Source of the DNA: Candidatus Uhrbacteria bacterium
GTDB lineage: Bacteria; Patescibacteriota; Patescibacteriia; UBA9934; GWF2-40-263
DNA: 64,000 nt
Direction: 5' to 3'
Assembly (NCBI GenBank): GCA_016188425.1
Contig: JACPHX010000009.1
Coordinates: forward strand, 3,582-67,581
The position numbers were made by a program, and so were the translations under genes. Below, one piece after another: positions 20,769 through 29,700 of this stretch. The first letter of the stretch is position 1; every line of letters begins with the position of its first letter. The notes beneath the pieces are model-generated. The model saw only the letters and a list, made by a program, of their open reading frames with translations, was not told the origin of the DNA and searched no databases.

Positions 20769-23654
20769 CTACTCTTCTCGACGAACAGATAGGAGAGAAC
20801 CAAACAAAACGATCATGGAAAAAAAGCCAAAACCCGCCAATGGAAACCCAGTGCGAGGAAGTTCTGCCGCGGCTCCAAGAACTTTTGGTTCTGGAGGGAC
20901 GATCACGGATCCAGAAGAGTCCGCGGGCGGTTCTAGAGGCAATTCATCTGCGGCGCCCAGCACTTGGCCTTGCGGGACCGCTGGCGTCTGCGGCCCTCTG
21001 TCTCCACGTCGATGACCGCCTCCCCCTCCTCCGCCTCCTCCGCCCCCATCGCCGCTTCCCCCCTCTCCGATATCATTTACGTTTACTTCGCAGACGGCAC
21101 TCTGTCCATCCGCGACCAGCAACGAACCTCCTTCAGCACAATCTTTGGCGTAGGTCACCTCATATCCTTCCGGGGCTGTCACCGAGACGGCATGCGCTCC
21201 TTCCGCCACTTCGTGCGTACTCCCCTCTGCGATCGGCGATCCATCCAGCATCAACCCGAAATCGGATTCATTCGCCTGCCCTTCGCCATCATTGGTGATC
21301 AGCAACTCCACGCGCACCGAACCAACGCCCGGTTCGCCGTCGCCATCCCCCCCTCCACCTTCCTCTTCGATATCATTGACCGTTACTTCGCAGGTCTTGT
21401 CTTCACCCCCTCCAACGACAACGGATCCATCCTCGGCGCAATCCTCCCCAAACGTAACCGCATACCCCTCTGGAACCGTTGCCCCAACCGTATGGGTTCC
21501 TTCTGTGACTTCCTTTGCGCTCCCTGATGTGACGACCTCTTCATCCAAAGTCAACCCAATATCTGACTCTTCCGCTTCCCCGCCATCATCATTTACAAGA
21601 GTCAGATGAACCATGAGGGTACCGACACCAGGGTCACCCTCACCTCCTCCCCTTTTCGCGTCGTTGAGATGAACGAGGCAAACACGCAGGTCCCCCGGGG
21701 CGGCATCGCCGGCACACCCATCACCAAATGAGGCGGCATACCCGTGCAAATTATCACCCGTCACTGAGAAAGATCCGGCCGCGAGATAGTCGAGCGTTCC
21801 CGTTTCAGACCCAGTTACTACCTTTGAGGCCTCTGTGTTCGCCAGGTTATATGTGAATCCGGAAGCCAAGCGACTTCCACCGTCATCGTTTGTTACCTCG
21901 GTAAGAATCACGAGCTTGATCCGCTCATCCGCGCCTTCAGAGATGTCATCGTTCACGACCGTGCAATCGATCGGGCTCCCGGGGGCGAGTTCGGACATCG
22001 AGCAGGCGCCGGCATAGAACGGCGCGTACCCTTCGGGTCCATCGGTTTCTTCCACCTCAAAAGACATGGGCCAGACCCGCACATCCGTTCCGCTCGCGCT
22101 TCCCGGAAAACTTACTTCTTGAGACGCCGATGTTTCGTCTGGTACGCTCGCAAGCGAAGCGCCGATTCCTGCGGCCATCAAGGTAAAATCCTCACTCGCG
22201 GATTCGCCTCCATCGTCATTAATCACGAACGTGCGCACGCGTGCCCGTACGGCATCCGCAGGAGTCCACGGAAGTTCCGCCAGGGTATTAACAAACGTGC
22301 AAACCGTTTCTTCGCCCTCGAAGACGGTGGCAATAAGGGTTCCATCTTCAGAGAACGCGCAATGTTCCCCTTCTCCGCGCAAGAACTCGTATTCGGCCGG
22401 CCCGCTTTCCGTCACCCGGTATTCCCCTATGCGCATGGCGTCAACGAGAGTTGAGTCTTCCCCTTCAGGAATGGAGAAAAGAACGTCTCCATACGCATCC
22501 GGCGACACGGCGAAGGAGAAATCGGACGGAGTGCCGGACCCGACAAACGTCTTCCGCAGGCGCAAAGAACCATCGGGATGGGCTCGAAGCTCCGCCCTTG
22601 GAACCAAGATGTATTTGGCGGCCCCTTCGGCAAATGTCAGGAGATAATTTTCCTTGCCCTTATCGGCGTCTGAGCCAATGCGGATGCAAAACGGGACGAA
22701 CGCCTTTTGCCCCGGAAGTACGTTCTTCAGGGTTACGCGATAGTATCGGTAGCCCTTATGGGTCTTGGGCGTAAATTCAATATCGGTATTTCGGCCGCCA
22801 AAAGGACCGGTAACCGCCACATCGACCGGGGCGCCTGCGGCATCGCGCACCGAGGTTAGCGTGCCGATAGATTCAGTCAGATAATCGAAATCGTTCCGTT
22901 TGTGGGCGAGGGCAGGATTAAGCAAAGGCGAGGTAATCTGCTCCAAATCGTCGATCATGATAAACCCGTTATCTCCATGGCCAAAAATGATGGGAAAGGT
23001 AAGATCGCGCGTTTCCGCGGTGGTGTTTGTCGCTTCAAAAACAGAGGGGACGCACTCGCGAAGGTTGTACCCATGCACATACGCGCGCGGATTCGCGATG
23101 TTCATCGCCAAAGGATCGAGTGGGTTTTCGTCCGCATCCGACCACAAATCCACCTTGTCTAAATCGAGCGCGTACACCCCAAGCTCCGCGGGCGGGATGA
23201 CGAGCGGCGGCAATGACTCCATATCGACGGCCTGTTGGGAAAAAAGAGGCGCGTCTGAAGGCGCTTCTTCTTCATCCAAAGACGCATCCGATTCGGCCAC
23301 GGCTGGTTCCTGCATTGTTTCGCTCTGCGCGGGCTGGTCGGTTGCTTCTGTCCCAGCAGCCGTTTCATCCGCCATCCCCGCAACCGATTCTTGCACGGGA
23401 GACGGAACCTCCTGCAGAGGAAAAATTTCCTCAAACCCCTCTGGTCCAGACGCCTCTTCTGTTGACGTCGATTCCTCTGCCGCCGGCTTTTCTGAAGATG
23501 AATCGCCCGCGGCGCTCTGCGCGGCCGTCGACGGATCGGGTGGCGTTTCTGTCTCTTGCGCCTGTGCCAAGGACACGAAGCTGAACCCAACAACGAGGGA
23601 AAGGCAGAAGGCGAGTCGCCACGAAAACGGATGGGCTGGAATTAGACGACTCAT
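20769..23654 (-). CDS. LPXTG-type (LPRTG) sortase-anchored cell-surface protein with tandem beta-sandwich-like repeats and a poly-Gly linker
   Basis: N-terminal signal peptide MSRLIPAHPFSWRLAFCLSLVVGFSFVSLAQAQ. Repeated units of about 100 aa (…V.NDDGG…GY.V.…DC…) occur roughly three times. Then a G12 run, HRRGDRG, and a C-terminus …AAELPRTGFPLAGFGFFSMIVLFGSLLSVRREE, which is a sorting motif plus hydrophobic segment plus basic tail. Confidence 0.8.
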   Translation of the reverse strand: MSRLIPAHPFSWRLAFCLSLVVGFSFVSLAQAQETETPPDPSTAAQSAAGDSSSEKPAAEESTSTEEASGPEGFEEIFPLQEVPSPVQESVAGMADETAAGTEATDQPAQSETMQEPAVAESDASLDEEEAPSDAPLFSQQAVDMESLPPLVIPPAELGVYALDLDKVDLWSDADENPLDPLAMNIANPRAYVHGYNLRECVPSVFEATNTTAETRDLTFPIIFGHGDNGFIMIDDLEQITSPLLNPALAHKRNDFDYLTESIGTLTSVRDAAGAPVDVAVTGPFGGRNTDIEFTPKTHKGYRYYRVTLKNVLPGQKAFVPFCIRIGSDADKGKENYLLTFAEGAAKYILVPRAELRAHPDGSLRLRKTFVGSGTPSDFSFAVSPDAYGDVLFSIPEGEDSTLVDAMRIGEYRVTESGPAEYEFLRGEGEHCAFSEDGTLIATVFEGEETVCTFVNTLAELPWTPADAVRARVRTFVINDDGGESASEDFTLMAAGIGASLASVPDETSASQEVSFPGSASGTDVRVWPMSFEVEETDGPEGYAPFYAGACSMSELAPGSPIDCTVVNDDISEGADERIKLVILTEVTNDDGGSRLASGFTYNLANTEASKVVTGSETGTLDYLAAGSFSVTGDNLHGYAASFGDGCAGDAAPGDLRVCLVHLNDAKRGGGEGDPGVGTLMVHLTLVNDDGGEAEESDIGLTLDEEVVTSGSAKEVTEGTHTVGATVPEGYAVTFGEDCAEDGSVVVGGGEDKTCEVTVNDIEEEGGGGDGDGEPGVGSVRVELLITNDGEGQANESDFGLMLDGSPIAEGSTHEVAEGAHAVSVTAPEGYEVTYAKDCAEGGSLLVADGQSAVCEVNVNDIGEGGSGDGGGGGGGGGGGHRRGDRGPQTPAVPQGQVLGAADELPLEPPADSSGSVIVPPEPKVLGAAAELPRTGFPLAGFGFFSMIVLFGSLLSVRREE

Positions 23655-23873
23655 ATGCGGGGATGCAAATAAAAAAAATTATCTCCCCTGTAAAGTACCT
23701 TTCTTTTTCCCAGAAGACCACCGAGTCTTATCCACAGGAGATTCAGAAGAGTAGGAAAGGCGATCGCCCAACCGCAGCGACTTTTTACCTTGAATCATCT
23801 TTGTATTCGATATATTAAATATCATCGTTTATTGTTTTTCTTCATTTACTTGAAGAATACGTGCCTGAACACA

Positions 23874-23902
23874 AAAAGCTGCCAACTCGTGGCAGCTTTT
23901 TG
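23874..23902. terminator. Bidirectional intrinsic terminator
   Basis: A5, then stem agctgcca/tggcagct (8 bp, loop actcg), then T5. Located downstream of the zinc-ribbon gene. Confidence 0.7.
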
Positions 23903-23914
23903 TGTTCAAATCTC

Positions 23915-24427
23915 TTACACGACGAGGGTCGTCGGATCCTCCATCGGAGATTCTTCCTCATCCGTTCCTTCGGGCGTTTCTTCCCCTTCCTCCGATTCCC
24001 CTTCCTCTCCCCCTTCATCGATCACAAGCGCATCTTCCAGGATTGAAAGGATTGCGTCCAGCTTCTCGTTGATCATGCGCAGTTCCTTGGAGACATCCTT
24101 GCCGACTCCTAGCGGCGCTGGCGCGCTGCGGGAAAAAGAAGGTTTCTGGAATGAGCGGTCTCCGCCAAATCCTCCACGGGATCCATCCTCCTCTTCGCGC
24201 TGGAAACAGTCCTTGCAGTATACCGGCTTTTTGCCGTTTGGACGGAACGGAACTTGGCAATGATTGCCACACTCGGCACAAACAGCGTCAAACAGCTCTT
24301 TCATAAAGCCGCCTGTACCTTGGGAACGTCCTTGTCCGCCGCCCCAGGAACGACCGCCGCCGCCGAAACGGGGCCTGCTTTGATACCCACCTTGGCGTCC
24401 ACCGCCATTTCCTTGAAAATCTCGCAT
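23915..24427 (-). CDS. Arg/Gly-rich (RGG-box) zinc-ribbon protein, putative nucleic-acid binding
   Basis: Start at ATG 24427 (MRDFQGNGGGRQGGYQSRPRFGGGGRSWGGGQGRSQGTGG…). CxxC…CxxC ribbon: CAECGNHCQVPFRPNGKKPVYCKDCF. Acidic C-terminal tail. The upstream ORF-track extension runs into the terminator. Confidence 0.55.
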   Translation of the reverse strand: MRDFQGNGGGRQGGYQSRPRFGGGGRSWGGGQGRSQGTGGFMKELFDAVCAECGNHCQVPFRPNGKKPVYCKDCFQREEEDGSRGGFGGDRSFQKPSFSRSAPAPLGVGKDVSKELRMINEKLDAILSILEDALVIDEGGEEGESEEGEETPEGTDEEESPMEDPTTLVV

Positions 24428-24513
24428 ACGATGCTTCTTGTTTTTACTTTTTCTTATAGTGAATTGACGCACTATACGGGATGAGAGCGGAAAAGGCAAG
24501 GGTTCATACAATA

Positions 24514-24581
24514 GCAAAATGTAAAAACCAACCCCGGGGGTTGGGGGCCCTTAACCCCCGGGGTTGGTTTTTACATTTTGC
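24514..24581. terminator. 29-bp perfect inverted repeat / bidirectional terminator overlapping the RsmB-like gene's stop codon
   Basis: gcaaaatgtaaaaaccaaccccgggggtt (24514-24542) pairs with aacccccggggttggtttttacattttgc (24553-24581). The GC-rich inner stem is followed by U-rich outer arms. One arm encodes the RsmB-like gene's C-terminus …KTNPGG*. Confidence 0.65.
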
Positions 24582-25492
24582 TCTACTTGCTTCTTGCGAA
24601 ATTTGGCAACAAACAATCCCTCATGCGCGTCTGTGGGCAGCAGGGTGAGATACCCCTCCTTGGCCTTCCTCCCATCGATATTCACGGTCACCTGCTCCTG
24701 TACAACCGATGGGTACTCCTTCGCAAGCCAATCAACCATCAGCTCATTTTCCTCCGGAGCCAAGGTGCAGGTAGAGTAGACCAAGGTACCCCCCACTTTT
24801 AAGGAGGCGACGGCTGCCCGCAGGAGGCGACGTTGTTCCTTGGCATGGGCGATAATGTTCTTTTGAGACCAAAAACGAAAGCTCCGTGGATCCTTCGTCG
24901 AAATGCGTCCCTCGGCCGAGCAAGGGACATCCGCCAGAACCTTATCGAAGGCGCTCTCTAACCCCCTACATAGCAAGGAGGCATCCCCTTCCTTGGCTTC
25001 CTCGATCGTCACCCCTTGCTTGGCGATGGTATGGGTCAATTTTTGAAACCGGACGGCGTCGCTCTCCATCGCCACAATGAACCCCTCATTTCCCATCATG
25101 GCCGCCATCTGGCTTGTCTTGCTCCCGGGGGCGGCACACAGATCCAGCACCCGCTCTCCAGGCTTTGGATCCAGGACGATCGGCGGAACCATGGAGGAAA
25201 GGCCTTGGAGGTAAATAAAACCGGCTGTACACACATCTGTCTCAAGGAGCTCCTTGTCATCCATCGACTTGCAGATGAATGCGTGAGGGATGGCCTTGAT
25301 CCGCTCAAAGGCAATCCCCTGCTCGCGCAGGCGCGACATTAGTTCTTGATCGGCGATCTTCAAGGTATTGGCACGGAAGGTGGGGCGGCGATCAACGCCA
25401 AAAGCCGCGACGATGCGGTCGCGGGCGGAGGGGCCGTATTGTGCGGCGAGACGGTCGAGGAAAAGGAGCGGGAGCCGGCGTTGCATACTCAT
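24551..25492 (-). CDS. 16S rRNA (cytosine-C5)-methyltransferase, RsmB/RsmF (NOL1/NOP2/Sun) family
   Basis: SAM motif DLCAAPGSKT, and catalytic Cys motifs DVPCSAEG and YSTCT. 313 aa. Confidence 0.85.
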   Translation of the reverse strand: MSMQRRLPLLFLDRLAAQYGPSARDRIVAAFGVDRRPTFRANTLKIADQELMSRLREQGIAFERIKAIPHAFICKSMDDKELLETDVCTAGFIYLQGLSSMVPPIVLDPKPGERVLDLCAAPGSKTSQMAAMMGNEGFIVAMESDAVRFQKLTHTIAKQGVTIEEAKEGDASLLCRGLESAFDKVLADVPCSAEGRISTKDPRSFRFWSQKNIIAHAKEQRRLLRAAVASLKVGGTLVYSTCTLAPEENELMVDWLAKEYPSVVQEQVTVNIDGRKAKEGYLTLLPTDAHEGLFVAKFRKKQVEQNVKTNPGG

Positions 25493-25666
25493 TCAAATAC
25501 GGCGCTTCAATTTTAGCGGATACTTCCAATCGGTGACCCGCGATGCTATTGAGGAGAAGCGATGCTCTCTTTCCTATTGTATGTACTCAAAAAAAACGTA
25601 GAAACAAGAAACAGGAAAATACTTGGAATCAGCAACCAGTAAAAATATCCCCTCGAAGGAGTATTA

Positions 25667-25921
25667 ATGGCTACAAAAGCTGTGACGACACCGAATCCGG
25701 ACAGAAACAAACTGGCAGAAAGAAAAAGTCTAGATATTGCTGGTTTCATAAGGTGTAAAACACTGTTGTTTCAAAAATTCCCGTCACGAACCGACGAACG
25801 CCCTGAATATCCCCCATTGTACCAGAGGACAAGCACAAAGACGCCTTCGTTGAAAATAACACCCCGCCTCTTTCGAAGCAGGGGATTGATCAGGGCGGAC
25901 AATCGAGAACAAAGTCAGTGA
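25667..25921 (+). CDS. Hypothetical small basic protein (low confidence)
   Basis: A strong SD AAGGAG sits 6 nt before the ATG (cgaaggagtattaATGgct). 84 aa, Lys/Arg-rich, no recognisable motif. It lies in a local low-GC pocket and competes with a minus-strand 67-aa two-TM ORF (25546-25749). Confidence 0.3.
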   Translation: MATKAVTTPNPDRNKLAERKSLDIAGFIRCKTLLFQKFPSRTDERPEYPPLYQRTSTKTPSLKITPRLFRSRGLIRADNREQSQ

Positions 25922-26648
25922 GGTACCCCTCTGCACTGATCTGTGCGCCCGTAATTGTTCTCCTGTCGTAGGAGAACGCTCCCTCCACAAAAAACTCACC
26001 TCGATATCGCCTGTCTTCGAAGAAATCCAGCCCTGTCACGACTGGCTCACCTACCGGAAGTCCAATAAGGACCATTCTGTCGACGAGTCGATCCGACACG
26101 GGATCAAACCGTCCTTGCTCTCGAACCTCCAACAGAACCGATTGCCCCGTCGTGCGGTTTATGCATTCCTTCAAGAAGACCGGACCGAAAACGCCAGGCA
26201 CTGCCGCGTTCCAAACGTCGATTCGCTCTGTCGGACAAGCATCCAACAACGTTCGCCAGTAGTTCCGAGGTCCGTCCCAGCGAAAGCAATAGGTCGATTC
26301 TTGATCGACCCCCCGCAGCACATAAACGAAACTCGCCTCGCCGGACACGGCCGTGTCCAGCAGCGCTTCGCGCGCATCCGCTGCGCTGTCTTTGGGGTAA
26401 AAAAGGATGCGTCCGTCAGTGAATAGTACGGGAGAGACGAAGATGAGGGCTCCTGGGATACTGCTTGCATCGAACGTGCCGATATCTCGCACCCCAAGGT
26501 CTAGGAAGACAGTCCCGGCGTCGCGGCCGGAGGACGGCGCATCTTCGAGGCCCGCATCGTGATCGGGAAGATAGACGGGATCCTCTGCGCATGCAAACAC
26601 CACCGCTATGAAAACCGGTAACCGGAACAACGAACCCTGTTTCAACAT
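25890..26648 (-). CDS. Secreted/lipoprotein-like hypothetical protein
   Basis: 252 aa with signal peptide MLKQGSLFRLPVFIAVVFAC followed by AEDP (possible lipobox VFAC). No recognised domain. Confidence 0.5.
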   Translation of the reverse strand: MLKQGSLFRLPVFIAVVFACAEDPVYLPDHDAGLEDAPSSGRDAGTVFLDLGVRDIGTFDASSIPGALIFVSPVLFTDGRILFYPKDSAADAREALLDTAVSGEASFVYVLRGVDQESTYCFRWDGPRNYWRTLLDACPTERIDVWNAAVPGVFGPVFLKECINRTTGQSVLLEVREQGRFDPVSDRLVDRMVLIGLPVGEPVVTGLDFFEDRRYRGEFFVEGAFSYDRRTITGAQISAEGYLTDFVLDCPP

Positions 26649-26746
26649 TGGCTCCTCCTGCTTAAGGACGTGAAAAAGATAGCTTGTTTTTTCTTATCTG
26701 TCAACAACACAAAACCCCGCGCAAGCGGGGATTTGTTGTGAGGATC

Positions 26747-29700
26747 TTACTTAGAATGCTTCTTTTTTCTTGTCAGCACATAGGCCGCTGCTCCCCCAGC
26801 GGCTGCCAGAATCAAGAGAACTATAGGCCAGACGGCTTTCGGTTCCTCTTTCGTTCCAAGTATCCGTTCGCGGATCGAGCCGGGCTTTGTTGGCGCTTTA
26901 GGCGGCATCTGCTGCGCCTGTGCCAATTCCAACGTTCTCCCTGTCGGGCGATTGAGGCGTGCTGGCGATGCTTTCTCCGTTGCCACGGCGATCTTTCTCG
27001 TGATCACCTCTTTCGTTTTGCGATCCGTGTTAAACACCTTGAGAGTAGAGGTGAGATCGAATGCTTGCGGGCTTCCTATATCCGCCACCTGGAAGAGAGC
27101 GACTTTTTCTTCATTCGCCACCACCTCCTGCACGCAAGAGTCTGTGGCGACCATTTCCCCTGCTTCATTTATGACCCCAAGGAGCTTGTACCCTTCCGGA
27201 ACCTGCGCACAGACATTTACGCTCCAGTTGCTATCCGAGGAGAAGATGAACGGATAGAAGTTCTGCGATTCAGTGTTATCCCACAGAAGGACATCCGCGA
27301 AGGTGATGTTCAGGTAACTGCCTTCAAACTCTTCCTCGGTGGAGGCATCCCACTGATGCTCGTGCGATTGATTATGCGGAGGTTTCTTGATGGTACGAAT
27401 CGCTCCGAGCTTCTTGGTGGCCAATGTTCCATCCGGGGTCGCGATGAAGTCGTCTGGATTCTTGTTCTTCCCTGTGAAAACCACTCTTCCGCTGGACTGG
27501 TCCACGTACTTGCCGATCACGAGATATCTTCCTGGAGCCGGTTCACCCACGAGACAGCTGCCGTCGGCGGATGTCGTACAGCTTCCCATCAGGCCGACCG
27601 CTCCGTCGAAGACTTCGTCGTACTTGCTCTTCTTGGGGCCGCTCGTGCCGTAAAGGGCTACGAAGTCGGCATCGTCGCGATTGAACACGCGGACAACCGC
27701 TCCTTCCAGAGGACCTTTGCAGCTCGCCTTGTCGCCCGGGCAGGCGCCTGTTTTGTGCGGATCGACCGTATGAAGCGACATCTCGATCTTATCCGCGGCA
27801 GGGCAGCCGAAGTAGGCGGCGCTTCCCGAGACGGCCGGGCATTGGTCTTCGGCGTTGGGAACGCCGTCCTCATCGTCGTCGCCGGCCAGCGGACACCCGT
27901 TGTTGGATGCCGGGCCGGGAACCGCGGGACATTGGTCGACGTCATCCAGGACTCCGTCGCCGTCGGTATCCGGAATCGGGCATCCATTGTTGGAGGCGGG
28001 ACCGGGGTAGGTTGGGCAGGCATCTACGTCGTCCAGGACTCCGTCGCCGTCGGTATCGGGGATCGGGCAGCCGTAGTTGGAGGCGGGTCCGGGAAGCGCG
28101 GGACATTGGTCGACATTATCGAGGACTCCGTCGCCATCGGTATCCGGGACTGGGCAGCCGTTGTACTCGATGACTCCGACAACGTTTGGACACTGATCGA
28201 CGTTATCGGTGATGCCATCGCCGTCGGTATCGGGGTACGGACACCCGTTGTTTGATGCCGGGCCGGGAACGGCGGGGCATTGGTCGACATCATCGGGAAC
28301 TCCGTCGCCATCCGTATCTGTTGGAACCACCTCCGGGCACCCGTTATTGGAGGCCGGCCCCGGCTCGGTAGGACATTGATCGAGATTGTCCGTAATTCCG
28401 TCGTTGTCCGTATCCGGGTACGGGCAGCCATAATTCGCGGCAGGGCCGGGAATCGATGGGCACTGATCAACGTCGTCGAGGACTCCGTCGTTGTCCGTAT
28501 CCGGGATAGGACAGCCGTTGTAGGCAGAGGAACCGGGAACGGTTGGACAAAGATCGACGTTATCGAGGACTCCGTCGCCATCAGTATCTGGCCATGGGCA
28601 GCCATTGTTGAGGGCGGGGCCAGGTTCGTTTACGCATTGGTCGACATCATCGAGGACTCCGTCGTTGTCCGTGTCTGGTATCGGGCAGCCGTTATTGGAG
28701 GCGGGGCCGGGAATGGTTGGGCACTGATCGACGTTGTCGTAGACACCGTCGCCGTCTGTATCCACGGGTGCCGCGGTTGGGCAGCCGTTGTTGGAGGCGG
28801 GGCCCGCTGTTTCCGGGCAATAATCGGCGCTCTCGAGGACTCCGTCGTTGTCGGTATCCGTGCCTGGCGGTTTGCCAAACCCGAATACAAGTCTTTGGCC
28901 GGGGATTATCGCGCGCGTCAGGGTTTCCCCCTGAAAGGTCATGGTCAAAGTGGAACCGACGAGATCCGTACTGAACAAACAATTTTCAGATGAAGTCACC
29001 CCCGATGACGTACTCGAGAAAAAAACGCTCGACGTATCTAGGTCGATCATGCTTCCTTGATTGACCACCGTGTTCGTCTCGTCTCTCACAGACCATGTTT
29101 CCGGCATAATCGCGGTTTCCGTATCCCCAGGTCCGGACTGCGTCACAGAGACCGGATAATGATTATTGCCGATGTTTGATATCTTTATTTCACCACTCTT
29201 CGGGCACAAAATGGCTGCCTGTTTTCCCATATCAGCACTCACCAAAAACGCCGAACCAGCCGTCATTTCCCATTCGCAAAGGTCGGTGACCCCGTTATTG
29301 AAGCAGGCACCGTTCCCCCACCCGGTCACACCAAAATTACATGAATAAGTTGTACTTACCTCTGGACAGAGCCCCCAAATTGTGGTCTCCATGCTTTCGT
29401 GTTCACAGTTTGAGCGAACTTTGAACTGACCCCCTGCCAATTCACCTGCAGTATAAGGAATGACTCCATCGTCAATAATAATAGCCATTTTGTAATAATC
29501 CAACACCGGCATGTCAACGTTTATTTCTGAAGTCACCCACGATTTAAATCCCTCCTCGTTGCTAGGACGGCCATTATCATCCGTGGTGGTTTCTCTTCTG
29601 ACGTAAGACGTCCTGGTAGGACAGATGGAATCCGGATATGTATTCGGAATTTCACAAAACGCATGCAGCTTCAATAATCCTTCCGTGACGGTCCCATTCA

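Noticed and set aside
26684-28993. Plus-strand 523-aa ORF and several repetitive 90-240-aa ORFs on both strands inside the giant gene
   Set aside because: They are alternative-frame translations of the 81-nt TSP3 tandem DNA repeats (hence their internal periodicity). The minus-strand frame that encodes DxDxDGxxDxxDxCP repeats and continues for 2475 aa is the coding one.
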